A stretch of DNA of 64,000 bases, from assembly GCF_009914755.1 (NCBI RefSeq), contig NC_060925.1. One strand, written 5' to 3'. Position numbers and translations under genes: made by a program. Below, in pieces: positions 15,501 through 30,900 of the stretch. Source of the DNA: the human T2T-CHM13v2.0 reference genome, Homo sapiens. Each line of letters opens with the position of its first letter. Position 1 is the first letter of the stretch. The notes below the pieces were generated by a model. The model ran no database searches, was not told the DNA's origin, and was given only the letters and a program-made list of their open reading frames with translations.

Positions 15501-18500
15501 CATCAAATGGAACCGAATGGAATCCTCATTGAATGGAAATGAAAGGGGTCATCATCTAATGGAATCGCATGGAATCATCATCAAATGGAATCGAATGGAA
15601 TCATCATCAAATGGAATCTAATGGAATCATTGAACAGAATTGAATGGAATCGTCATCGAATGAATTGAATGCAATCATCGAATGGTCTCGAATGGAATCA
15701 TCTTCTAATGGAAAGGAATGGAATCATCGCATAGAATCGAATGGAATTATCATCGAATGGAATCGAATGGTATCAACACCAAACGGAAAAAAACGGAATT
15801 ATCGAATGGAATCGAAGAGAATCTTCGAACGGACCCGAATGGAATCATCTAATGGAATGGAATGGAATAATCCATGGACTCGAATGCAATCATCATCGAA
15901 TGGAATGGAATGGAATCATCGAATGGACTCGAATGGAATAATCATTGAACGGAATCGAATGGAATCATCATCGGATGGAAACGAATGGAATCATCATCGA
16001 ATGGAAATGAAAGGAGTCATCATCTAATGGAATTGCATGGAATCATCATAAAATGGAATCGAATGGAATCAACATCAAATGGAATCAAATGGAATCATTG
16101 AACGGAATTGAATGGAATCGTCATCGAATGAATTGACTGCAATCATCGAATGGTCTCGAATGGAATCATCTTCAAATGGAATGGAATGGAATCATCGCAT
16201 AGAATCGAATGGAATTATCATCGAATGGAATCGAATGGAATCAACATCAAACGGAAAAAAACAGAATTATCGTATGGAATCGAAGAGAATCATCGAATGG
16301 ACCCGAATGGAATCATCTAATGGAATGGAATGGAATAATCCATGGACTCGAATGCAATCATCATCGAATGGAATCGAATGGAATCATCGAATGGACTCGA
16401 ATGGAATAATCATTGAACGGAATCGAATGGAATCATCATCGGATGGAAATGAATGGAATCATCATCGAATGGAATCGAATAGAATTATGGAATGAAATCC
16501 AGTGTGATCATCATCGAATGGACCCGAATGGAATCATCATCCAACGGAAGCTAATGGAATCAACATCGAATGAATCGAATGGAAACACCATCGAATTGAA
16601 ACGAATGGAATTATCATGAAATTGAAATGGATGGACTCATCATCGAATGGATTCGAATGGAATCATCGAATAAAATTGATTGAAATCATCATCCAATGGA
16701 ATCGAATGGTATCATTGAATGGAATCGAATGGAATCATCATCAGATGGAAATGAATGGAATCGTCATAGAATGGAATCGAATGGATTCATTGAATGGAAT
16801 CAGATGGAATCATCGAATGGACTGGAATGGAATCATTGAATGGACTCGAAAGGGATCATTATTAAATGGAATTGAATGGAATCATCGAATGGTCTCGATT
16901 GGAATCATTATCAAATGGAATCGAATGGAATCACCGAATAGAATCGAATGGAACAATCATCGAATGGACTCAAATGGAATTATCCTCAAATGGAATCGAA
17001 TGGAATTATCGAATGCAATCGAATGGAATTATCGAATGCAATCGAATAGAATCATCGAAAGGACTCGAATGGAATCATCGAATGGAATGGAATGGAACAG
17101 TCAATGAACTCGAATGGAATCATCATTGAATGGAATCGAATGGAATCATCGAGTGGAATCGAATGGAATTATGATCAAATGGAATCGAATGTAATCATCA
17201 TCAAATGGAATCAAAAATAACCATCATCAATTGGTATTGAATGGAATTGTCATCAAATGGAATTCAAAGGAATCATCATCAAATGGAACCGAATGGAATC
17301 CTCATTGAATGGAAATGAAAGGGGTCATCATCTAATGGAATCGCATGGAATCATCATCAAATGGAATCGAATGGAATCATCATCAAATGGAATCTAATGG
17401 AATCATTGAACAGAATTGAATGGAATCGTCATCGAATGAATTGAATGCAATCATCGAATGGTCTCGAATGGAATCATCTTCTAATGGAAAGGAATGGAAT
17501 CATCGCATAGAATCGAATGGAATTATCATCGAATGGAATCGAATGGTATCAACACCAAACGGAAAAAAACGGAATTATCGAATGGAATCGAAGAGAATCT
17601 TCGAACGGACCCGAATGGAATCATCTAATGGAATGGAATGGAATAATCCATGGACTCGAATGCAATCATCATCGAATGGAATGGAATGGAATCATCGAAT
17701 GGACTCGAATGGAATAATCATTGAACGGAATCGAATGGAATCATCATCGGATGGAAACGAATGGAATCATCATCGAATGGAAATGAAAGGAGTCATCATC
17801 TAATGGAATTGCATGGAATCATCATCAAATGGAATAGAATGGAATCAACATCAAATGGAATCAAATGGAATCATTGAACGGAATTGAATGGAATCGTCAT
17901 CGAATGAATTGACTGCAATCATCGAATGGTCTCGAATGGAATCATCTTCAAATGGAATGGAATGGAATCATCGCATAGAATCGAATGGAATTATCATCGA
18001 ATGGAATCGAATGGAATCAACATCAAACGGAAAAAAACGGAATTATCAAATGGAATCGAAGAGAATCATCGAATGGACCCGAATGGAATCATCTAATGGA
18101 ATGGAATGGAATAATCCATGGACTCGAATGCAATCATCATCGAATGGAGTCGAATGGAATCATTGAATGGACTCGAATGGAATAATCATTGAACGGAATC
18201 GAATGGAATCATCATCGGATGGAAATGAATGGAATCATCATCGAATGGAATCGAATAGAATTATGGAATGAAATCCAGTGTGATCATCATCGAATGGACC
18301 CGAATGGAATCATCATCCAACGGAAGCTAATGGAATCAACATCGAATGAATCGAATGGAAACACCATCGAATTGAAACGAATGGAAATATCATGAAATTG
18401 AAATGGATGGACTCATCATCGAATGGATTCGAATGGAATCATCGAATAAAATTGATTGAAATCATCATCCAATGGAATCGAATGGTATCATTGAATGGAA

Positions 18501-19640
18501 TCGAATGGAATCATCATCAGATGGAAATGAATGGAATCGTCATAGAATGGAATCGAATGGATTCATTGAATGGAATCAGATGGAATCATCGAATGGACTG
18601 GAATGGAATCATTGAATGGACTCGAAAGGGATCATTATTGAATGGAATTGAATGGAATCATCGAATGGTCTCGATTGCAATCATTATCAAATGGAATCGA
18701 ATGGAATCACCGAATAGAATCGAATGGAACAATCATCGAATGGACTCAAATGGAATTATCCTCCAATGGAATCGAATGGAATTATCGAATGCAATCGAAT
18801 AGAATCATCGAATGGACTCGAATGGAATCATCGAATGGAATGGAATGGAACAGTCAATGAACTCGAATGGAATCATCATTGAATGGAATCGAATGGAATC
18901 ATCGAGTGGAATCGAATGGAATTATGATCAAATGGAATCGAATGTAATCCTCATCAAATGGAATCAAAAATAACCATCATCAATTGGTATTGAATGGAAT
19001 TGTCATCAAATGGAATTCAAAGGAATCATCATCAAATGGAACCGAATGGAATCCTCATTGAATGGAAATGAAAGGGGTCATCATCTAATGGAATCGCATG
19101 GAATCACCATCAAATGGAATCGAATGGAATCATCATCAAATGGAATCTAATGGAATCATTGAACAGAATTGAATGGAATCGTCATCGAATGAATTGAATG
19201 CAATCATCGAATGGTCTCGAATGGAATCATCTTCTAATGGAAAGGAATGGAATCATCGCATAGAATCGAATGGAATTATCATCGAATGGAATCGAATGGT
19301 ATCAACACCAAACGGAAAAAAACGGAATTATCGAATGGAATCGAAGAGAATCTTCGAACGGACCCGAATGGAATCATCTAATGGAATGGAATGGAATAAT
19401 CCATGGACTCGAATGCAATCATCATCGAATGGAATGGAATGGAATCATCGAATGGACTCGAATGGAATAATCATTGAACGGAATCGAATGGAATCATCAT
19501 CGGATGGAAACGAATGGAATCATCATCGAATGGAAATGAAAGGAGTCATCATCTAATGGAATTGCATGGAATCATCATCAAATGGAATCGAATGGAATCA
19601 ACATCAAATGGAATCAAATGGAATCATTGAACGGAATTGA
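12583..19640 (+). repeat. Older 3,529-bp dimeric periodicity (1776+1753)x2
   Basis: Units 12583/16112 share aaacagaattatcgtatgg. Units 14359/17888 share gaattatcaaatgg, cattgaatggactcg, gattgcaatc and the same 23-bp deletion. Several private differences exist. Confidence 0.75.
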
Positions 19641-22600
19641 ATGGAATCGTCATCGAATGAATTGACTGCAATCATCGAATGGTCTCGAATGGAATCATCT
19701 TCAAATGGAATGGAATGGAATCATCGCATAGAATCGAATGGAATTATCATCGAATGGAATCGAATGGAATCAACATCAAACGGAAAAAAACGGAATTATC
19801 GAATGGAATCGAAGAGAATCATCGAATGGACCCGAATGGAATCATCTAATGGAATGGAATGGAATAATCCATGGACTCGAATGCAATCATCATCGAATGG
19901 AATCGAATGGAATCATCGAATGGACTCGAATGGAATAATCATTGAACGGAATCGAATGGAATCATCATCGGATGGAAATGAATGGAATCATCATCGAATG
20001 GAATCGAATAGAATTATGGAATGAAATCCAGTGTGATCATCATCGAATGGACCCGAATGGAATCATCATCCAACGGAAGCTAATGGAATCAACATCGAAT
20101 GAATCGAATGGAAACACCATCGAATTGAAACGAATGGAATTATCATGAAATTGAAATGGATGGACTCATCATCGAATGGATTCGAATGGAATCATCGAAT
20201 AAAATTGATTGAAATCATCATCCAATGGAATCGAATGGTATCATTGAATGGAATCGAATGGAATCATCATCAGATGGAAATGAATGGAATCGTCATAGAA
20301 TGGAATCGAATGGATTCATTGAATGGAATCAGATGGAATCATCGAATGGACTGGAATGGAATCATTGAATGGACTCGAAAGGGATCATGATTGAATGGAA
20401 TTGAATGGAATCATCGAATGGTCTCGATTGGAATCATTATCAAATGGAATCGAATGGAATCACCGAATAGAATCGAATGGAACAATCATCGAATGGACTC
20501 AAATGGAATTATCCTCAAATGGAATCGAATGGAATTATCGAATGCAATCGAATAGAATCATCGAAAGGACTCGAATGGAATCATCGAATGGAATGGAATG
20601 GAACAGTCAATGAACTCGAATGGAATCATCATTGAATGGAATCGAATGGAATCATCGAGTGGAATCGAATGGAATTATGATCAAATGGAATCTAATGTAA
20701 TCATCATCAAATGGAATCAAAAATAACCATCATCAATTGGTATTGAATGGAATTGTCATCAAATGGAATTCAAAGGAATCATCATCAAATGGAACCGAAT
20801 GGAATCCTCATTGAATGGAAATGAAAGGGGTCATCATCTAACGGAATCGCATGGAATCATCATCAAATGGAATCTAATGGAATCATTGAACAGAATTGAA
20901 TGGAATCGTCATCGAATGAATTGAATGCAATCATCGAATGGTCTCGAATGGAATCATCTTCTAATGGAAAGGAATGGAATCATCGCATAGAATCGAATGG
21001 AATTATCATCGAATGGAATCGAATGGTATCAACACCAAACGGAAAAAAACGGAATTATCGAATGGAATCGAAGAGAATCTTCGAACGGACCCGAATGGAA
21101 TCATCTAATGGAATGGAATGGAATAATCCATGGACTCGAATGCAATCATCATCGAATGGAATGGAATGGAATCATCGAATGGACTCGAATGGAATAATCA
21201 TTGAACGGAATCGAATGGAATCATCATCGGATGGAAACGAATGGAATCATCATCGAATGGAAATGAAAGGAGTCATCATCTAATGGAATTGCATGGAATC
21301 ATCATAAAATGGAATCGAATGGAATCAACATCAAATGGAATCAAATGGAATCATTGAACGGAATTGAATGGAATCGTCATCGAATGAATTGACTGCAATC
21401 ATCGAATGGTCTCGAATGGAATCATCTTCAAATGGAATGGAATGGAATCATCGCATAGAATCGAATGGAATTATTATCGAATGGAATCGAATGGAATCAA
21501 CATCAAACGGAAAAAAACGGAATTATCGAATGGAATCGAAGAGAATCATCGAATGGACCCGAATGGAATCATATAATGGAATGGAATGGAATAATCCATG
21601 GACTCGAATGCAATCATCATCGAATGGAATCGAATGGAATCATCGAATGGACTCGAATGGAATAATCATTGAACGGAATCGAATGGAATCATCATCGGAT
21701 GGAAATGAATGGAATCATCATCGAATGGAATCGAATAGAATTATGGAATGAAATCCAGTGTGATCATCATCGAATGGACCCGAATGGAATCATCATCCAA
21801 CGGAAGCTAATGGAATCAACATCGAATGAATCGAATGGAAACACCATCGAATTGAAACGAATGGAATTATCATGAAATTGAAATGGATGGACTCATCATC
21901 GAATGGATTCGAATGGAATCATCGAATAAAATTGATTGAAATCATCATCCAATGGAATCGAATGGTATCATTGAATGGAATCGAATGGAATCATCATCAG
22001 ATGGAAATGAATGGAATCGTCATAGAATGGAATCGAATGGATTCATTGAATGGAATCAGATGGAATCATCGAATGGACTGGAATGGAATCATTGAATGGA
22101 CTCGAAAGGGATCATTATTGAATGGAATTGAATGGAATCATCGAATGGTCTCGATTGGAATCATTATCAAATGGAATCGAATGGAATCACCGAATAGAAT
22201 CGAATGGAACAATCATCGAATGGACTCAAATGGAATTATCCTCAAATGGAATCGAATGGAATTATCGAATGCAATCGAATGGAATTATCGAATGCAATCG
22301 AATAGAATCATCGAAAGGACTCGAATGGAATCATCGAATGGAATGGAATGGAACAGTCAATGAACTCGAATGGAATCATCATTGAATGGAATCGAATGGA
22401 ATCATCGAGTGGAATCGAATGGAATTATGATCAAATGGAATCTAATGTAATCATCATCAAATGGAATCAAAAATAACCATCATCAATTGGTATTGAATGG
22501 AATTGTCATCAAATGGAATTCAAAGGAATCATCATCAAATGGAACCGAATGGAATCCTCATTGAATGGAAATGAAAGGGGTCATCATCTAACGGAATCGC

Positions 22601-25600
22601 ATGGAATCATCATCAAATGGAATCTAATGGAATCATTGAACAGAATTGAATGGAATCGTCATCGAATGAATTGAATGCAATCATCGAATGGTCTCGAATG
22701 GAATCATCTTCTAATGGAAAGGAATGGAATCATCGCATAGAATCGAATGGAATTATCATCGAATGGAATCGAATGGTATCAACACCAAACGGAAAAAAAC
22801 GGAATTATCGAATGGAATCGAAGAGAATCTTCGAACGGACCCGAATGGAATCATCTAATGGAATGGAATGGAATAATCCATGGACTCGAATGCAATCATC
22901 ATCGAATGGAATGGAATGGAATCATCGAATGGACTCGAATGGAATAATCATTGAACGGAATCGAATGGAATCATCATCGGATGGAAACGAATGGAATCAT
23001 CATCGAATGGAAATGAAAGGAGTCATCATCTAATGGAATTGCATGGAATCATCATCAAATGGAATCGAATGGAATCAACATCAAATGGAATCAAATGGAA
23101 TCATTGAACGGAATTGAATGGAATCGTCATCGAATGAATTGACTGCAATCATCGAATGGTCTCGAATGGAATCATCTTCAAATGGAATGGAATGGAATCA
23201 TCGCATAGAATCGAATGGAATTATCATCGAATGGAATCGAATGGAATCAACATCAAACGGAAAAAAACGGAATTATCGAATGGAATCGAAGAGAATCATC
23301 GAATGGACCCGAATGGAATCATCTAATGGAATGGAATGGAATAATCCATGGACTCGAATGCAATCATCATCGAATGGAATCGAATGGAATCATCGAATGG
23401 ACTCGAATGGAATAATCATTGAACGGAATCGAATGGAATCATCATCGGATGGAAATGAATGGAATCATCATCGAATGGAATCGAATAGAATTATGGAATG
23501 AAATCCAGTGTGATCATCATCGAATGGACCCGAATGGAATCATCATCCAACGGAAGCTAATGGAATCAACATCGAATGAATCAAATGGAAACACCATCGA
23601 ATTGAAACGAATGGAATTATCATGAAATTGAAACGGATGGACTCATCATCGAATGGATTCGAATGGAATCATCGAATAAAATTGATTGAAATCATCATCC
23701 AATGGAATCGAATGGTATCATTGAATGGAATCGAATGGAATCATCATCAGATGGAAATGAATGGAATCGTCATAGAATGGAATCGAATGGATTCATTGAA
23801 TGGAATCAGATGGAATCATTGAATGGACTGGAATGGAATCATTGAATGGACTCGAAAGGGATCATGATTGAATGGAATTGAATGGAATCATCGAATGGTC
23901 TCGATTGGAATCATTATCAAATGGAATCGAATGGAATCACCGAATAGAATCGAATGGAACAATCATCGAATGGACTCAAATGGAATTATCCTCAAATGGA
24001 ATCGAATGGAATTATTGAATGCAATCGAATGGAATTATCGAATGCAATCGAATAGAATCATCGAAAGGACTCGAATGGAATCATCGAATGGAATGGAATG
24101 GAACAGTCAATGAACTCGAATGGAATCATCATTGAATGGAATCGAATGGAATCATCGAGTGGAATCGAATGGAATTATGATCAAATGGAATCGAATGTAA
24201 TCATCATCAAATGGAATCAAAAATAACCATCATCAATTGGTATTGAATGGAATTGTCATCAAATGGAATTCAAAGGAATCATCATCAAATGGAACCGAAT
24301 GGAATCCTCATTGAATGGAAAGGAAAGGGGTCATCATCTAATGGAATCGCATGGAATCATCATCAAATGGAATCGAATGGAATCATCATCAAATGGAATC
24401 AAATGGAATTATTGAACAGAATTGAATGGAATCGTCATCGAATGAATTGAATGCAATCATCGAATGGTCTCGAATGGAATCATCTTCTACTGGAAAGGAA
24501 TGGAATCATCGCATAGAATCGAATGGAATTATCATCGAATGGAATCGAATGGTATCAACACCAAACGGAAAAAAACGGAATTATCGAATGGAATCGAAGA
24601 GAATCTTCGAACGGACCCGAATGGAATCATCTAATGGAATGGAATGGAATAATCCATGGACTCGAATGCAATCATCATCGAATGGAATGGAATGGAATCA
24701 TCGAATGGACTCGAATGGAATAATCATTGAACGGAATCGAATGGAATCATCATCGGATGGAAACGAATGGAATCATCATCGAATGGAAATGAAAGGAGTC
24801 ATCATCTAATGGAATTGCATGGAATCATCATAAAATGGAATCGAATGGAATCAACATCAAATGGAATCAAATGGAATCATTGAACGGAATTGAATGGAAT
24901 CGTCATCGAATGAATTGAATGCAATCATCGAATGGTCTCGAATGGAATCATCTTCAAATGGAATGGAATGGAATCATCGCATAGAATCGAATGGAATTAT
25001 CATCGAATGGAATCGAATGGAATAAACATCAAACGGAAAAAAACGGAATTATCGAATGGAATCGAAGAGAATCATCGAATGGACCCGAATGGAATCATCT
25101 AATGGAATGGAATGGAATAATCCATGGACTCGAATGCAATCATCATCGAATGGAATCGAATGGAATCATCGAATGGACTCGAATGGAATAATCATTGAAC
25201 GGAATCGAATGGAATCATCATCGGATGGAAATGAATGGAATCATCATCGAATGGAATCGAATAGAATTATGGAATGAAATCCAGTGTGATCATCATCGAA
25301 TGGACCCGAATGGAATCATCATCCAACGGAACCTAATGGAATCAACATCGAATGAATCGAATGGAAACACCATCGAATTGAAACGAATGGAATTATCATG
25401 AAATTGAAATGGATGGACTCATCATCGAATGGATTCGAATGGAATCATCGAATAAAATTGATTGAAATCATCATCCAATGGAATCGAATGGAATCATCAT
25501 CAGATGGAAATGAATGGAATCGTCATAGAATGGAATCGAATGGATTCATTGAATGGAATCAGATGGAATCATCGAATGGACTGGAATGGAATCATTGAAT

Positions 25601-27980
25601 GGACTCGAAAGGGATCATGATTGAATGGAATTGAATGGAATCATCGAATGGTCTCGATTGGAATCATTATCAAATGGAATCGAATGGAATCACCGAATAG
25701 AATCGAATGGAACAATCATCGAATGGACTCAAATGGAATTATCCTCCAATGGAATCGAATGGAATTATCGAATGCAATCGAATGGAATTATCGAATGCAA
25801 TCAAATAGAATCATCGAATGGACTCGAATGGAATCATCGAATGGAATGGAATGGAACAGTCAATGAACTCGAATGGAATCATCATTGAATGGAATCGAAT
25901 GGAATCATCGAGTGGAATCGAATGGAATTATGATCAAATGGAATCGAATGTAATCATCATCAAATGGAATCAAAAATAACCATCATCAATTGGTATTGAA
26001 TGGAATTGTCATCAAATGGAATTCAAAGGAATCATCATCAAATGGAACCGAATGGAATCCTCATTGAATGGAAATGAAAGGGGTCATCATCTAATGGAAT
26101 CGCATGGAATCATCATCAAATGGAATCGAATGGAATCATCATCAAATGGAATCTAATGGAATCATTGAACAGAATTGAATGGAATCGTCATCGAATGAAT
26201 TGAATGCAATCATCGAATGGTCTCGAATGGAATCATCTTCTAATGGAAAGGAATGGAATCATCGCATAGAATCGAATGGAATTATCATCGAATGGAATCG
26301 AATGGTATCAACACCAAACGGAAAAAAACGGAATTATCGAATGGAATCAAAGAGAATCTTCGAACGGACCCGAATGGAATCATCTAATGGAATGGAATGG
26401 AATAATCCATGGACTCGAATGCAATCATCATCGAATGGAATCGAATGGAATCATCGAATGGACTCGAATGGAATAATCATTGAACGGAATCGAATGGAAT
26501 CATCATCGGATGGAAACGAATGGAATCATCATCGAATGGAAATGAAAGGAGTCATCATCTAATGGAATTGCATGGAATCATCATAAAATGGAATCGAATG
26601 GAATCAACATCAAATGGAATCAAATGGAATCATTGAACGGAATTGAATGGAATCGTCATCGAATGAATTGACTGCAATCATCGAATGGTCTCGAATGGAA
26701 TCATCTTCAAATGGAATGGAATGGAATCATCACATAGAATCGAATGGAATTATCATCGAATGGAATCGAATGGAATCAACATCAAACGGAAAAAAACGGA
26801 ATTATCGAATGGAATCGAAGAGAATCATCGAATGGACCCGAATGGAATCATCTAATGGAATGGAATGGAATAATCCATGGACTCGAATGCAATCATCATC
26901 GAATGGAATCGAATGGAATCATCGAATGGACTCGAATGGAATAATCATTGAACGGAATCGAATGGAATCATCATCGGATGGAAATGAATGGAATCATCAT
27001 CGAATGGAATCGAATAGAATTATGGAATGAAATCCAGTGTGATCATCATCGAATGGACCCGAATGGAATCATCATCCAACGGAAGCTAATGGAATCAACA
27101 TCGAATGAATCGAATGGAAACACCATCGAATTGAAACGAATGGAATTATCATGAAATTGAAATGGATGGACTCATCATCGAATGGATTCGAATGGAATCA
27201 TCGAATAAAATTGATTGAAATCATCATCCAATGGAATCGAATGGTATCATTGAATGGAATCGAATGGAATCATCATCAGATGGAAATGAATGGAATCGTC
27301 ATAGAATGGAATCGAATGGATTCATTGAATGGAATCAGATGGAATCATCGAATGGACTGGAATGGAATCATTGAATGGACTCGAAAGGGATCATGATTGA
27401 ATGGAATTGAATGGAATCATCGAATGGTCTCGATTGGAATCATTATCAAATGGAATCGAATGGAATCACCGAATAGAATCGAATGGAACAATCATCGAAT
27501 GGACTCAAATGGAATTATCCTCAAATGGAATCGAATGGAATTATCGAATGCAATCGAATGGAATTATCGAATGCAATCGAATAGAATGATCGAATGAACT
27601 CGAATGGAATCATCGAATGGAATGGAATGGAACAGTCAATGAACTCGAATGGAATCATCATTGAATGGAATCGAATGGAATCATCGAGTGGAATCGAATG
27701 GAATTATGATCAAATGCAATCGAATGTAATCCTCATCAAATGGAATCAAAAATAACCATCATCAATTGGTATTGAATGGAATTGTCATCAAATGGAATTC
27801 AAAGGAATCATCATCAAATGGAACCGAATGGAATCCTCATTGAATGGAAATGAAAGGGGTCATCATCTAATGGAATCGCATGGAATCATCATAAAATGGA
27901 ATCGAATGGAATCAACATCAAATGGAATCAAATGGAATCATTGAACGCAATTGAATGGAATCGTCATCGAATGAATTGAC
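17446..27980 (+). repeat. 10,535-bp tandem duplication, copy 1 (six units)
   Basis: The unit-length series 1753,1727,1750,1776,1753 and private variants recur at exactly +10,535 (ggaatagaat 17836/28371; ggagtcg 18149/28684; ggaaccta, cacatag, agaatgatcgaatgaact). Confidence 0.92.
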
Positions 27981-30900
27981 TGCAATCATCGAATGGTCTC
28001 GAATGGAATCATCTTCTAATGGAAAGGAATGGAATCATCGCATAGAATCGAATGGAATTATCATCGAATGGAATCGAATGGTATCAACACCAAACGGAAA
28101 AAAACGGAATTATCGAATGGAATCGAAGAGAATCTTCGAACGGACCCGAATGGAATCATCTAATGGAATGGAATGGAATAATCCATGGACTCGAATGCAA
28201 TCATCATCGAATGGAATGGAATGGAATCATCGAATGGACTCGAATGGAATAATCATTGAACGGAATCGAATGGAATCATCATCGGATGGAAACGAATGGA
28301 ATCATCATCGAATGGAAATGAAAGGAGTCATCATCTAATGGAATTGCATGGAATCATCATCAAATGGAATAGAATGGAATCAACATCAAATGGAATCAAA
28401 TGGAATCATTGAACGGAATTGAATGGAATCGTCATCGAATGAATTGACTGCAATCATCGAATGGTCTCGAATGGAATCATCTTCAAATGGAATGGAATGG
28501 AATCATCGCATAGAATCGAATGGAATTATCATCGAATGGAATCGAATGGAATCAACATCAAACGGAAAAAAACGGAATTATCAAATGGAATCGAAGAGAA
28601 TCATCGAATGGACCCGAATGGAATCATCTAATGGAATGGAATGGAATAATCCATGGACTCGAATGCAATCATCATCGAATGGAGTCGAATGGAATCATTG
28701 AATGGACTCGAATGGAATAATCATTGAACGGAATCGAATGGAATCATCATCGGATGGAAATGAATGGAATCATCATCGAATGGAATCGAATAGAATTATG
28801 GAATGAAATCCAGTGTGATCATCATCGAATGGACCCGAATGGAATCATCATCCAACGGAAGCTAATGGAATCAACATCGAATGAATCGAATGGAAACACC
28901 ATCGAATTGAAACGAATGGAAATATCATGAAATTGAAATGGATGGACTCATCATCGAATGGATTCGAATGGAATCATCGAATAAAATTGATTGAAATCAT
29001 CATCCAATGGAATCGAATGGTATCATTGAATGGAATCGAATGGAATCATCATCAGATGGAAATGAATGGAATCGTCATAGAATGGAATCGAATGGATTCA
29101 TTGAATGGAATCAGATGGAATCATCGAATGGACTGGAATGGAATCATTGAATGGACTCGAAAGGGATCATTATTGAATGGAATTGAATGGAATCATCGAA
29201 TGGTCTCGATTGCAATCATTATCAAATGGAATCGAATGGAATCACCGAATAGAATCGAATGGAACAATCATCGAATGGACTCAAATGGAATTATCCTCCA
29301 ATGGAATCGAATGGAATTATCGAATGCAATCGAATAGAATCATCGAATGGACTCGAATGGAATCATCGAATGGAATGGAATGGAACAGTCAATGAACTCG
29401 AATGGAATCATCATTGAATGGAATCGAATGGAATCATCGAGTGGAATCGAATGGAATTATGATCAAATGGAATCGAATGTAATCCTCATCAAATGGAATC
29501 AAAAATAACCATCATCAATTGGTATTGAATGGAATTGTCATCAAATGGAATTCAAAGGAATCATCATCAAATGGAACCGAATGGAATCCTCATTGAATGG
29601 AAATGAAAGGGGTCATCATCTAATGGAATCGCATGGAATCACCATCAAATGGAATCGAATGGAATCATCATCAAATGGAATCTAATGGAATCATTGAACA
29701 GAATTGAATGGAATCGTCATCGAATGAATTGAATGCAATCATCGAATGGTCTCGAATGGAATCATCTTCTAATGGAAAGGAATGGAATCATCGCATAGAA
29801 TCGAATGGAATTATCATCGAATGGAATCGAATGGTATCAACACCAAACGGAAAAAAACGGAATTATCGAATGGAATCGAAGAGAATCTTCGAACGGACCC
29901 GAATGGAATCATCTAATGGAATGGAATGGAATAATCCATGGACTCGAATGCAATCATCATCGAATGGAATGGAATGGAATCATCGAATGGACTCGAATGG
30001 AATAATCATTGAACGGAATCGAATGGAATCATCATCGGATGGAAACGAATGGAATCATCATCGAATGGAAATGAAAGGAGTCATCATCTAATGGAATTGC
30101 ATGGAATCATCATCAAATGGAATCGAATGGAATCAACATCAAATGGAATCAAATGGAATCATTGAACGGAATTGAATGGAATCGTCATCGAATGAATTGA
30201 CTGCAATCATCGAATGGTCTCGAATGGAATCATCTTCAAATGGAATGGAATGGAATCATCGCATAGAATCGAATGGAATTATCATCGAATGGAATCGAAT
30301 GGAATCAACATCAAACGGAAAAAAACGGAATTATCGAATGGAATCGAAGAGAATCATCGAATGGACCCGAATGGAATCATCTAATGGAATGGAATGGAAT
30401 AATCCATGGACTCGAATGCAATCATCATCGAATGGAATCGAATGGAATCATCGAATGGACTCGAATGGAATAATCATTGAACGGAATCGAATGGAATCAT
30501 CATCGGATGGAAATGAATGGAATCATCATCGAATGGAATCGAATAGAATTATGGAATGAAATCCAGTGTGATCATCATCGAATGGACCCGAATGGAATCA
30601 TCATCCAACGGAAGCTAATGGAATCAACATCGAATGAATCGAATGGAAACACCATCGAATTGAAACGAATGGAATTATCATGAAATTGAAATGGATGGAC
30701 TCATCATCGAATGGATTCGAATGGAATCATCGAATAAAATTGATTGAAATCATCATCCAATGGAATCGAATGGTATCATTGAATGGAATCGAATGGAATC
30801 ATCATCAGATGGAAATGAATGGAATCGTCATAGAATGGAATCGAATGGATTCATTGAATGGAATCAGATGGAATCATCGAATGGACTGGAATGGAATCAT

